Assembly: GCA_051294905.1 (NCBI GenBank)
Contig: CM119371.1
Span: 35,528,001-35,592,000 of the forward strand
DNA from: Botryllus schlosseri
Lineage: Eukaryota
Reading direction: 5' to 3'
Length of the DNA: 64,000 nt
Shown here: positions 22,501 to 34,300 of the stretch, piece after piece
Layout: every line of letters starts with the position of its first letter
How positions within the stretch are numbered: the stretch's first letter is position 1
Translations under genes and position numbers: made by a program
Notes under the pieces: model-generated
Databases searched by the model: none
Seen by the model: the letters and a program-made list of their open reading frames with translations, nothing else
What the model was told of the DNA's origin: nothing

Positions 22501-25500
22501 CAATTCTACCGTCTAGTTCGAGTCGAATCTCATCTCTACTTTTCAGAGAAATTGCACGAGTATCATCACCTGGCCAACGTCTTTCGAAAAATTACACGTA
22601 TAGCTCTCGGATTAAAGACGCCGATATTTCTATCTTAGACAAGTGCTCCACTTTTAATCACGTTCACGAGTCGAGGCTTGTCCCAAAGCATAATCGAACC
22701 GAGTTTTAGCCAATTCTACCGTCTAGTTCGAGTCGAATTTCATCTCTACTTTTCAGAGAAATTGCACGAGTATCATCACCTGGCCAACGTCTTTCGCAAA
22801 ATTACACGTATAGCTCTCGGATTAAAGACGCCGATATTTCTATCTTAGACAAGTGCTCCACTTTTAATCACGTTCAGGAGTCGAGGCTTGTCCCAAAGCA
22901 TAATCGAACCGAGTTTTAGCCAATGCTACCGTCTAGTTCGAGTCGAATCTCATCTCTACTTTTCAGAGAAATTGCACGAGTATCATCACCTGGCCAACGT
23001 CATTCGCAAAATTACACGTATAGCTCTCGGATTAAAGACGCCGATATTTCTATCTTAGACAAGTGCTCCACTTTTAATCACGTTCACGAGTCGAGGCTTG
23101 TCCCAAAGCATAATCGAACCGAGTTTTTGGCAATTCTACCGTCTAGTTCGAGTCGAATTTCATCTCTACTTTTCAGAGAAATTGCACGAGTATCATCACC
23201 TGGCCAACGTCTTTCGCAAAATTACACGTATAGCTCTCGGATTAAAGACGCCGATATTTCTATCTTAGACAAGTACTCCACTTTTAATCACGTTCAGGAG
23301 TCGAGGCTTGTCCCAAAGCATAATCGACCCGAGTTTTAGCCAATTCTACCGTCTAGTTCGAGTCGAATTTCATCTCTACTTTTCAGAGAAATTGCACGAG
23401 TATCATCACCTGGCCAACGTCTTTCGCAAAATTACACGTATAGCTCTCGGATTAAAGACGCCGATATTTCTATCTTAGACAAGTGCTCCACTTTTATTCA
23501 CGTTCAGGAGTCGAGGCTTGTCCAAAAGCATAATCGAACCGAGTTTTAGCCAATCTACCGTCTAGTTCGAGTCGAATTTCATCTCTACTTTTCAGAGAAA
23601 TTGCACGAGTATCATCACCTGGCCAACGTCTTTCGCAAAATTACACGTATAGCTCTCGGATTAAAGACGCCGATATTTCTATCTTAGACAAGTGCTCCAA
23701 TTTTAACCACGTTCAGGAGTCGAGGCTTGTCCCAAAGCATAATCGAACCGAAGTTCAGCCAATTCTACCGTCTAGTTCAAGTCGAATCTCATCTCTACTT
23801 TTCAGAGAAATAGCGCGAGTATCATCACCTGGCCAACGTCTTTCGCAAAATTACACGTATAGCTCTCGGATTAAAGACGCCGATATTTCTATCTTAGACA
23901 AGTGCTACACTTTTAATCACGTTCAGGAGTCGAGGCTTGTCACAAAGCATAATCGAACCGAGTTTTAGCCAATTCTACCGTCTAGCTCGAGTCGAATTTC
24001 ATCTCTACTTTTCAGAGAAATTGCACGAGTATCATCACCTGGCCAACGTCTTTCGCAAAATTACACGTATAGCTCTCGGATTAAAGACGCCGATATTTCT
24101 ATCTTAGACAAGTGCTCCACTTTTAATCACGTTCAGGAGTCGAGGCTTGTCCCAAAGCATAATCGAACCGAGTTTTAGCCAATTCTACCGTCTAGTTCGA
24201 GTCTAATTTCATCTCTACTTTTCAGAGAAATTGCACGAGTATCATCACCTGGCCAACGTCTTTCGCAAAATTACACGTATAGCTCTCGGATTAAAGACGC
24301 CGATATTTCTATCTTAGACAAGTGCTCCACTTTTAATCACGTTCAGGAGTCGAGGCTTGTCCCAAAGCATAATCGAACCGAGTTTTAGCCAATTCTACCG
24401 TCTAGTTCGAGTCTAATTTCATCTCTACTTTTCAGAGAAATTGCACGAGTATCATCACCTGGCCAACGTCTTTCGCAAAATTACACGTCTAGCTCTCGGA
24501 TTAAAGACGCCGATATTTCTATCTTAGACAAGTGCTCCACTTTTAACCACGTTCAGGAGTCGAGGCTTGTCCCAAAGCATAATCGAACCGAATTTCAGCC
24601 AATTCTACCGTCTAGTTCGAGTCGAATCTCATCTCTACTTTTCAGAGAAATAGCGCGAGTATCATCACCTGGCCAACGTCTTTCGCAAAATTACACGTAT
24701 ATCTCTCGGATTAAAGACGCCGATATTTCTATCTTAGCCAAGTGCTCCACTTTTAATCACGTTCACGAGTCGAGGCTTTTCCCAAAGCATAATCGAACCG
24801 AGTTTTAGCCAATTCTACCGTCTAGTTCGAGTCGAATATCATCTCTACTTTTCAGAGAAGTAGCGCGAGTATCATCACCTGGCTAACGTCTTTCGCAAAA
24901 TTACACGTATAGCTCTCGGATTAAAGACGCCGACATTTCTATCTTAGACAAGTGCTCCACTTTTAATAACGTTCACGAGTCGGGGCTTGTCCCAAAGCAT
25001 AATCGAACCGAGTTTTAGCCAATTCTACCGTCTAGTTCGAGTCGAATTTCATCTCTACTTTTCAGAGAAATTGCACGAGTATCATCACCAGGCCAACGTC
25101 TTTCGCAAAATTACACGTATAGCTCTCGGATTAAAGACGCCGATATTTCTATCTTAGACAAGTGCTCCACTTTTAATCACGTTCAGGAGTCGAGGCTTGT
25201 CCCAAAGCATAATCGAACCGAGTTTTAGCCAATTCTACCGTCTAGTTCGAGTCGAATTTCATCTCTACTTTTCAGAGAAATTGCACGATTCTCATCACCT
25301 GGCCAACGTCTTTCGCAAAATTACACGTATAGCTCTCGGATTAAAGACGCCGATATTTCTATCTTAGACAAGTGCTCCACTTTTAATTACGTTCAGGAGT
25401 CGAGGCTTGTCCCAAAGCATAATCGAACCGAGTTTTAGCCAATTCTACCGTCTAGTTCGAGTCGAATTTCATCTCTACTTTTTCAGAGAAATTGCACGAG

Positions 25501-25755
25501 TATCATCACCTGGCAAACGTCTTTCGCAAAATCACACGTATAGCTCTCGGATTAAAGACGCCGATATTTCTATCTTAGACAAGTGCTCCACTTTTAATCC
25601 CGTTCAGGAGTCGAGGCTTGTCACAAAGCATAATCGAACCGAGTTTTAGCCAATTCTACAGTCTAGCTCGAGTCGAATTTCATCTCTACTTTTCAGAGAA
25701 ATTGCACGAGTATCATCACCTGGCCAACGTCTGTCGCAAAATTACACGTATAGCT
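13563..25755 (+). repeat. 210-bp satellite array, segment 2 (58 monomers plus the 13-bp TSD)
   Basis: Resumes in register at TACACGTATAGCTCTCGG. Contains a 1680-bp (8-mer) duplication, marked at 15736 and 17416. Confidence 0.99.
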
Positions 25756-25952
25756 GGCATTCCCGTCTGACCGTCGTCGAGTACGGAGGTCTCTCGTGAA
25801 AGAATAATTATCGCTAGTCTTCGTTTGCCTCATTAGGTATCGATACTCCGCGAGGTTAGGTCTTTACGTAGTGTATATGCAGACGTGTCTCTTGGGATCT
25901 TTGTCAGGTAGTTAGTAGAGTGTATACCCTCACCGCCTTGAAAGGGTAGGTG

Positions 25953-27446
25953 ATGGAGGGTATAACCTCTAATCTCAAACGTAGAATGGAAGATCCAGAT
26001 AGCGACGAGGGAGCTGTTGGATCTTGCGGGAATACCAAGATTCCTGCGAGGAAATTCGCGATCGTAGATAATCCCAACGCTACGACGACTTCTCAGCCAT
26101 CGTCTAGCCAAAACTTAGATAGCTCTTCACCGAGCATTATCCCCAGTGCATCATTGGCCACTCCGGTGTCAAGTGGGGGATCCGCATTCGTGACGGATCC
26201 CGTCAATAGTATGACCGTTATAATTTCGGGCAGAGATAGGGTGATGACACGATATCACCCTGTGAAAGTTAACAGAGCTCTATACGCTATCATCGACAGC
26301 TATGCTGGTATCAAGCCACTCCCTTCGGGAGATCTTCTACTTACGTGTCATAACCACAAGCAAGTGACTAAAATGTTAGAATGCGTTTCATTAAGTGACA
26401 CGACCACAAATACTAAAATTGCTATCTCAGTTACACCTCACACCGCACAGAAGCCATACGCCAGTCGCGCAGTCATCAAAGGGGTACCCTTAGAAATACC
26501 GGAGAGTGAGTTGTTAGAAGACCTGGCTGCCAGTAGTGTGTCACACCTCAAACGCCTGAAACGGAGGGCAGAGAAAGGGTTTGAGCCAAGCCTGTCCGTC
26601 TTGCTATACTTTAGTTCAACAGAAGTACCCAACTACGTCACGTTCGGTTACCTTCGCTTCCGCACGAACACTTACAACCCACCACCAACTCGCTGCTTCA
26701 GATGTAACAAATTCGGACATACCTCTAAATCTTGCCGCGGAAAACCGAGCTGCACAAAATGTGGCGCCATGGACCATGCATACAATGACTGCCAAAATAA
26801 CAGAAAATGCATCAATTGCAATGAAAATCATAGTGCCGCTTATGGTGGGTGCCCCGTCTATAAAGAAGAGGCAAAAATCCAAATCGTCAAAGAGAGGGAA
26901 AACCTCTCCTTCCCCGAGGCGAGGCATCAAGTACGTACACAGGATCTCGTATCGGACTCTTCGACAACGCCGCAGGATTCCATTTCTGCTTCGTCAACAA
27001 TGCCAAAAGAGTCCTACGCACATAAAGTCACCGCCAAGAACAAATCTTTGAGAGTCAGAAATCCCCTAAACAGAAATATACCAACCGCGCCATCACCCAA
27101 TGAAGGGGACTTTAGAGAACTACAGAGAAATCAATCAGAACAATCTGCGTTACGTAAACCCACCGCAACACAGACTGATAATACTGCAGGCAACACGACA
27201 GTTCACCCGAATCAATTAGAACCGATGCAACTGCTGGTGATGGTAGCAGAAATCGTCCAGGTTACGATTACAGCTTGCCAAACTGGCAACGGAAACATAT
27301 TTAACATCGTCGCAGAAGCGTTTGGAAAGTACTTTGGACAGCATATCGACTCGACCTTGTTGCAGAAAATGTCGAAAAACGCAAACAATCAGAATTCGGA
27401 GGCACGAAAGGAAGCCACGGTCCCACAAAATCGCAATGGACAATAA
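25953..27446 (+). CDS. ORF1p, Gag-like, 3xCCHC (copy 2)
   Basis: Translation identical to that of 8205-9698 in the ORF track. Confidence 0.95.
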   Translation: MEGITSNLKRRMEDPDSDEGAVGSCGNTKIPARKFAIVDNPNATTTSQPSSSQNLDSSSPSIIPSASLATPVSSGGSAFVTDPVNSMTVIISGRDRVMTRYHPVKVNRALYAIIDSYAGIKPLPSGDLLLTCHNHKQVTKMLECVSLSDTTTNTKIAISVTPHTAQKPYASRAVIKGVPLEIPESELLEDLAASSVSHLKRLKRRAEKGFEPSLSVLLYFSSTEVPNYVTFGYLRFRTNTYNPPPTRCFRCNKFGHTSKSCRGKPSCTKCGAMDHAYNDCQNNRKCINCNENHSAAYGGCPVYKEEAKIQIVKERENLSFPEARHQVRTQDLVSDSSTTPQDSISASSTMPKESYAHKVTAKNKSLRVRNPLNRNIPTAPSPNEGDFRELQRNQSEQSALRKPTATQTDNTAGNTTVHPNQLEPMQLLVMVAEIVQVTITACQTGNGNIFNIVAEAFGKYFGQHIDSTLLQKMSKNANNQNSEARKEATVPQNRNGQ

Positions 27447-30400
27447 AACGCTAACCATATTACAATGGAATTGCCGTAGTATATATAAAAAATTGCCGGA
27501 GTTCAAGCATTTTCTTTCGACCCTAGATCACAAACCAGATGTTATTCTTTTGCAAGAGACTCACCTAATCGACAAATATACTCCGAAATTACGGGGCTAT
27601 CGGCTTTTCCGACGCGACAAGACGGTTCACAAGGGTGGTCTGGCAGCTTTCGTTGCAGAATCTCTGAGTTGTAGCGAGGACGTTTCCGTGGCGTCGAATT
27701 GCTTCGAGTTGATGTGCCTGAGACTTGCCGACATAACTATATGCAACGTCTATATACCTCCCGATTACACTTTGAGCCAAGACGACCTCTCTTTCCTGTC
27801 ATCTTTAGAGTCGCGGTCACTCATTTGTGGTGACTTTAATGCTCACCATTGGGCATGGAGCCATCGCTCAAACCAACGGGGTAACCGACTTTATGATTAT
27901 ATTGACAGGCATAACTTCGTTTTGCTCAACAATTCGCAACCTACGAGAATCAACCTGTCCGCAGATGCCATACATCGCTCATCCCTGATTGATTTAACCC
28001 TTGCGTCACCAGACATTGCGGCTTGTTGTCACACCAGCGTTTCAGGTCACCTCATTGGCAGCGATCACTTTTTAGTGTCCACGACATTTCACTGCAATGT
28101 GGCACGTTCGCAAAAAATACCAAGATGGTGTTTGAAAAAAGCCAACTGGCTGGATTTCTCGCAGAACGTGGACCGTGCCCTCAGCAGCCCAATGCCGGAA
28201 AATGTACAGCAACTCAATACTGCTCTCACAAATATCATAGTCAATTCCGCCAAAATCACAATTCCCCGGACGCGAAACACCAACAAGATCCCTGTGCCTT
28301 GGTGGAATAAGGACTGTGAAAGGGCCGTTCGACGCAAGAAAGCTGCATTCTTGAAAATGAAAAGATCTTTCAATTACCGTGACGTGATCTGCTTTAGGCG
28401 ACTGCGGTCGGAATGCCGCAAAACCATTCTGACTGCAAAGAGGTCGTGCTGGGAAGAGTTTTGCGATTCTATTAACCGAAAAACGGACTTCCGCAAGGTG
28501 TGGAAAATTGTGGCATCGATGTCCAGGGCCTCCGCACCTCGCTCAATACCAATACTCAATGTCAACAACACTACATTGAAGACCGATCGACGCAAAACCG
28601 AAGCCCTCTCGGTGGCCTTCTGTAAAGTCAGTAGTAACGCGAATTACCCAGTGACCTTCATGCAATATAGAAATGAAATCGAAAGAATTCAAATGCCCAC
28701 CGCAAATTCAAATCGTATTGGAGGTGAATTGAACATACCCTTCAGTATGTCAGAGTTGGAATGCGCAATACGCTCCCGGAAAGACACGTCTCCAGGGGGC
28801 GATTCAATCTGTTATGCAATGTTGAAACACCTTTCCGGCAACTCGCTGCAGCATCTACTACGCCTCTTCAATGAATCCTGGGTCAGCGGAGAAATTCCCT
28901 CCGACTGGAAGCATTCTATTGTAATCCCGATTTTCAAGCAAGGCAAAGATGGCACCGATCCCAAGTCATATCGACCAATTTCTCTTACGAGTCATCTCTG
29001 CAAAGTGATGGAGGTTATGGTCGCAAACAGAATACGCTGGCACTTGGAGGCCCACAATTTGCTACATCCCTCTCAGTCAGGCTTCCGAAAGGGGAGGTGT
29101 ACTCTAGACCACGCCATACGACTCCATGACTCGATATACAAGGCTATCAATAACCAACGGTCAACGATAGCCGTATTTCTCGATATAGAACGCGCTTACG
29201 ACATGGTTTGGCGAAAAGGTTTACTATTGAAGCTATCTCGGCTTGGTATTGGTGAGAAAGCACTCTGCTGGATCCAGAATTTCCTTACAAATCGAACCTA
29301 CCAAGTGCGTGTCGGAAATACGCTGTCCGATGTAAACAGCCTCGATAACGGAATCCCCCAAGGAAGCGTTTTGAGTCCGTTGCTTTTCACCGTGATGTTG
29401 AACGATGTGCCCCTAGATGTTCGAAGCAGCGTTGGCATTTACGCGGATGACTGTGCCATATGGGAGAGCGGTCTTGGTATACCCACGATCGTTTCATCAA
29501 TTCAGAGGTCTCTTGACTCGGTGCAGGAATGGTGTAGTAAATGGGGATTCGTTCTCTCAAAAACGAAGTCTGTAGCAATGCTCTTCACTAGGAAAAGAAA
29601 GATTCCCGATGTGCACTTGCACATTGACGGAAATCGCATCAACCTCGTTGACAACTTCAAGTATCTTGGTATTACTTTTGATAAGTTGTTGACGTACAAA
29701 ACACATATTGACAACGTCGCGAAAAAATGCTCCAGACGAATGGGATTACTTCGTGTCGTCACACACACCGCATGGGGTGCTAATAAACACGCACTTCTAC
29801 AGTTATACAGATCTCTTATCAGATCCGTCATCGACTATGGTATGCCAGCATACTTTTTCACATCGAAATATAACACTCACAAATTAGGGCTCATACAGAA
29901 CCAAGCTTTACGCTTGTGTTGCGGAGCAATGCGGAGTACACCCATATGTGCTTTGCAAGCCGCCTGTAACGAACCTCCTCTCCACATTCGACACAAATAT
30001 TTGTGTATGAATTATCGGTGCCACTTGCTTGGTCAGGAATACAACCAACACCCATCAACTGAACTACTAACTGATTCATGGCATGAAATTTACTCCTTGA
30101 TAAGACCGAACTTCAAGACGTTCAATACCCTGTCAAAATCCCCTATTCTGGAACGGTTAATGGTGGAAAAAGAACGAATTCAGTTCGTGGCACCCTGGAC
30201 AGTTCCACTTCCCACGGTCGACAGATCATTAACTCGGCTTATACGAAAGGGGGACTCGCCAATCTCAGTGAACTCGTGTTTCAGAGATTACCTTTTCGAG
30301 TGCCACGACCAAGCCGTCGAGATCTACACAGACGGTTCAAAGACGGATACAGCAACGGCTTTCGCGATTTACATACCATCACAGTCAGTCCGACTTAGCC

Positions 30401-31164
30401 AGATCTGCCCGAGTTTATTTTCCGTTTTTCAAGTGGAGATGCTAGCTATCGCTAATGCTCTATCGTGGATAATCCATCATGGCAGTCGAACCGATAAATA
30501 TGTTATTCTGACAGATTGTCTTAGTGTTCTGAACACAATCGCCACCCCGAACCGCACACCGAGCAGAACGTTCAATAAGATTTTTCCTCTCTTCCTGCAG
30601 ATTGTAGGGATGGGGATCGACGTTGCCTTCTCCTGGGTTCCAGGACATAGTGGCATTCCCGGCAATGAGGTTGCAGATGAACTTGCACGTTCCACCGCCT
30701 CTTTCGCATTTGACAGTCAGGGAATACCTCAAATTACCTATAGAGATGTCAAGAACGAAGTACGAAAATACGTCCGGACTGAGTGGCAGACCGAGTACCG
30801 TTCAACAGAGACGGGAAACCACTACAAACGTTTCCACCGAACGGTACGAACAACGTTTCCCTCGATGCACAGATCGCGTTTGTATGAAACGATAATATTC
30901 CGTCTCCGGTCCGGCCATTGTCGCCTAAAGGGGCATTTATTTAAAATAGGCTGCATCGACACGCCTTTGTGTGACTTATGCCACGTACCCGAGAATGTAG
31001 ATCACTTCCTCCTCGCATGCTCAAAATACGATTGGCACCGAGCATATTTAATTGATTTCTGCTTGAACTTGAAAGTTGACTTCACCACATATAACCTTCT
31101 CGTACGACCAGAACTTCTCTCGCCTCTCGTCGAGTTCGTCCTGGCAAGCAATGTTTTGATTTGA
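27436..31164 (+). CDS. ORF2p APE-RT-RNaseH-CCHC (copy 2)
   Basis: Same as copy 1 except KVELTT becomes KVDFTT near the C-terminus. Confidence 0.97.
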   Translation: MDNKTLTILQWNCRSIYKKLPEFKHFLSTLDHKPDVILLQETHLIDKYTPKLRGYRLFRRDKTVHKGGLAAFVAESLSCSEDVSVASNCFELMCLRLADITICNVYIPPDYTLSQDDLSFLSSLESRSLICGDFNAHHWAWSHRSNQRGNRLYDYIDRHNFVLLNNSQPTRINLSADAIHRSSLIDLTLASPDIAACCHTSVSGHLIGSDHFLVSTTFHCNVARSQKIPRWCLKKANWLDFSQNVDRALSSPMPENVQQLNTALTNIIVNSAKITIPRTRNTNKIPVPWWNKDCERAVRRKKAAFLKMKRSFNYRDVICFRRLRSECRKTILTAKRSCWEEFCDSINRKTDFRKVWKIVASMSRASAPRSIPILNVNNTTLKTDRRKTEALSVAFCKVSSNANYPVTFMQYRNEIERIQMPTANSNRIGGELNIPFSMSELECAIRSRKDTSPGGDSICYAMLKHLSGNSLQHLLRLFNESWVSGEIPSDWKHSIVIPIFKQGKDGTDPKSYRPISLTSHLCKVMEVMVANRIRWHLEAHNLLHPSQSGFRKGRCTLDHAIRLHDSIYKAINNQRSTIAVFLDIERAYDMVWRKGLLLKLSRLGIGEKALCWIQNFLTNRTYQVRVGNTLSDVNSLDNGIPQGSVLSPLLFTVMLNDVPLDVRSSVGIYADDCAIWESGLGIPTIVSSIQRSLDSVQEWCSKWGFVLSKTKSVAMLFTRKRKIPDVHLHIDGNRINLVDNFKYLGITFDKLLTYKTHIDNVAKKCSRRMGLLRVVTHTAWGANKHALLQLYRSLIRSVIDYGMPAYFFTSKYNTHKLGLIQNQALRLCCGAMRSTPICALQAACNEPPLHIRHKYLCMNYRCHLLGQEYNQHPSTELLTDSWHEIYSLIRPNFKTFNTLSKSPILERLMVEKERIQFVAPWTVPLPTVDRSLTRLIRKGDSPISVNSCFRDYLFECHDQAVEIYTDGSKTDTATAFAIYIPSQSVRLSQICPSLFSVFQVEMLAIANALSWIIHHGSRTDKYVILTDCLSVLNTIATPNRTPSRTFNKIFPLFLQIVGMGIDVAFSWVPGHSGIPGNEVADELARSTASFAFDSQGIPQITYRDVKNEVRKYVRTEWQTEYRSTETGNHYKRFHRTVRTTFPSMHRSRLYETIIFRLRSGHCRLKGHLFKIGCIDTPLCDLCHVPENVDHFLLACSKYDWHRAYLIDFCLNLKVDFTTYNLLVRPELLSPLVEFVLASNVLI

Positions 31165-31310
31165 ACAAATTTTCGTTAAGGTACACACACGACTTGCGAA
31201 GGTACACGACTTGCAACTGGTAATACAACATTTCTGTCGTGGCGCACCAGACCGATAAGGTGACAAGCGCCACAATGTCCCATTTTCAAAATTAATAATA
31301 ATAATAATAA

Positions 31311-34300
31311 TACACGTATAGCTCTCGGATTAAAGACGCCGATATTTCTATCTTAGACAAGTGCTCCACTTTTAATCACGTTCAGGAGTCGAGGCTTGTC
31401 CCAAAGCATAATCGAACCGAGTTTTAGCCAATTCTAATGTCTAGTTCAAGTCTAATTTCATCTCTACTTTTCAGAGAAATTGCACGAGTATCATCACCTG
31501 GCCAACGTCTTTCGCAAAATTACACGTATAGCTCTCGGATTAAAGACGCCAATATTTCTTTCTTAGACAGGTGCTCCACTTTTAACCACGTTCAGGAGTC
31601 GAGGCTTGTCCCAAAGCATACTCGAACCGAATTTCAGCCAATTCTACCGTCTAGTTCGAGTCGAATCTCATCTCTACTTTTCAGAGAAATAGCGCGAGTA
31701 TCATCACCTGGCCAACGTCTTTCGCAAAATTACACGTATAGCTCTCGGATTAAAGACGCCGATATTTCTATCTTAGCCAAGTGCTCCACTTTTAATCACG
31801 TTCACGAGTCAAGGCTTGTCCCAAAGCATAATCGAACCGAGTTTTAGCCAATTCTACCGTCTAGTTCGAGTCGAATTTCATCTCTACTTTTCAGAGAAAT
31901 TGCACGAGTATCATCACCTGGCCAACGTCTTTCGCAAAATTACACGTATAGCTTTCGGATTAAAGACGCCGATATTTCTATCTTAGACAAGTGCTCCACT
32001 TTTAATCACGTTCAGGAGTCGAGGCTTGTCCCAAAGCATAATCGAACCGAGTTTTACCCAATTCTACCGTCTAGTTCGAGTCGAATTTCATCTCTACTTT
32101 TCAGAGAAATTGCACGAGTATCATCACCTGGCCAACGTCTTTCGCAAAATTACACGTATAGCTCTCGGATTAAAGACGCCGATATTTCTATCTTAGACAA
32201 GTGCTCTACTTTAAACCACGTTCAGGAGTCGAGGCTTGTCCCAAAGCATAATCGAACCTAATTTAAGCCAATTCTACCGTCTAGTTCGAGTCGAATATCA
32301 TCTCTACTTTTCAGAGAAATAGCGCGAGTATCATCACCTGGCTAACGTCTTTCGCAAAATTACACGTATAGCTCTCGGATTAAAGACGCCGACATTTCTA
32401 TCTTAGACAAGTGCTCCACTTTTAACCACGTTCAGGATTCGAGGCTTGTCCCAAAGCATAATCGAACCGAATTTCAGCCAATTCTACCGTCTAGTTCGAG
32501 TCGAATCTCATCTCTACTTTTCAGAGAAATTGCACGAGTATCATCACCTGGCCAACGTTTTTCGCAAAATTACACGTATAGCTCTCGGATTAAAGACGCC
32601 GATATTTCTATCTTAGACAAGTGCTCCACTTTTAATCACGTTCAGGAGTCGAGGCTTGTCCCAAAGCATAATCGAACCGAGTTTTAGCCAATTCTACCGT
32701 CTAGTTCGAGTCGAATTTCATCTCTACTTTTCAGAGAAATTGCACGAGTATCATCACCTGGCCAAAGTCTTTCGCAAAATTACACGTATAGCTCTCGGAT
32801 TAAAGACGCCGATATTTCTATCTTAGACAAGTGCTACACTTTTAATCACGTTCAGGAGTCGAGGCTTGTCACAAAGCATAATCGAACCGAGTTTTAGCCA
32901 ATTCTACCGTCTAGTTCGAGTCTAATTTCATCTCTACTTTTCAGAGAAATTGCACGAGTATCATCACCTGGCCAACGTCTTTCGCAAAATTACACGTATA
33001 GCTCTCGGATTAAAGACGCCGATATTTCTATCTTAGACAAGTGCTCTACTTTAAACCACGTTCAGGAGTCGAGGCTTGTCCCAAAGCATAATCGAACCTA
33101 ATTTAAGCCAATTCTACCGTCTAGTTCGAGTCGAATATCATCTCTACTTTTCAGAGAAATAGCGCGAGTATCATCACCTGGCTAACGTCTTTCGCAAAAT
33201 TACACGTATAGCTCTCGGATTAAAGACGCCGACATTTCTATCTTAGACAAGTGCTCCACTTTTAACCACGTTCAGGATTCGAGGCTTGTCCCAAAGCATA
33301 ATCGAACCGAATTTCAGCCAATTCTACCGTCTAGTTCGAGTCGAATCTCATCTCTACTTTTCAGAGAAATTGCACGAGTATCATCACCTGGCCAACGTTT
33401 TTCGCAAAATTACACGTATAGCTCTCGGATTAAAGACGCCGATATTTCTATCTTAGACAAGTGCTCCACTTTTAATCACGTTCAGGAGTCGAGGCTTGTC
33501 CCAAAGCATAATCGAACCGAGTTTTAGCCAATTCTACCGTCTAGTTCGAGTCGAATTTCATCTCTACTTTTCAGAGAAATTGCACGAGTATCATCACCTG
33601 GCCAACGTCTTTCGCAAAATTACACGTATAGCTCTCGGATTAAAGACGCCGATATTTCTATCTTAGACAAGTGCTACACTTTTAATCACGTTCAGGAGTC
33701 GAGGCTTGTCACAAAGCATAATCGAACCGAGTTTTAGCCAATTCTACCGTCTAGTTCGAGTCTAATTTCATCTCTACTTTTCAGAGAAATTGCACGAGTA
33801 TCATCACCTGGCCAACGTCTTTCGCAAAATTACACGTATAGCTCTCGGATTAAAGACGCCGATATTTCTATCTTAGACAAGTGCTCCATATTTAATCACG
33901 TTCAGGAGTCGAGGCTTGTCCCAAAGCATATTCGAACCGAGTTTTAGCCAATTCTACCGTCTAGTTCGAGTCTAATTTCATCTCTACTTTTCAGAGAAAT
34001 TGCACGAGTATCATCACCTGGCCAACGTCTTTCGCAAAATTACACGTATAGCTCTCGGATTAAAGACGCCGATATTTCTATCTTAGACAAGTGCTCCACT
34101 TTTAATCACGTTCATGAGTCGAGGCTTGTCCCAAAGCATAATCGAACCGAGTTTTAGCCAATTCTACCGTCTAGTTCGAGTCGAATTTCATCTCTACTTT
34201 TCAGAGAAATTGCATGAGTATCATCACATGGCCAACGTCTTTCGCAAAATTACACGTATAGCTTTCGGATTAAAGACGCCGATATTTCTATCTTAGACAA

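Larger units (their letters stand above)
25756..31310 (+). mobile_element. Full-length I-group non-LTR retrotransposon, family A copy 2
   Basis: Same ends, same (TAA)6 tail and same TSD (25743-25755, 31311-31323) as copy 1, offset by 17,748 bp. I noticed only three substitutions, at 29892, 31080 and 31083. Confidence 0.96.
1..33000 (+). repeat. 17,748-bp tandem segmental duplication (satellite plus element A)
   Basis: Private monomer variants and the whole element recur at +17,748: 5175/22923, 7659/25407, 8008/25756, 13689/31437. Colinearity breaks near 15298/33046. Confidence 0.93.

Noticed and set aside
25756..31310. Copy 2 as a third independent site-specific insertion
   Set aside because: The flanking private variants, tail length and 5' GG are identical to copy 1, so it arose by segmental duplication.
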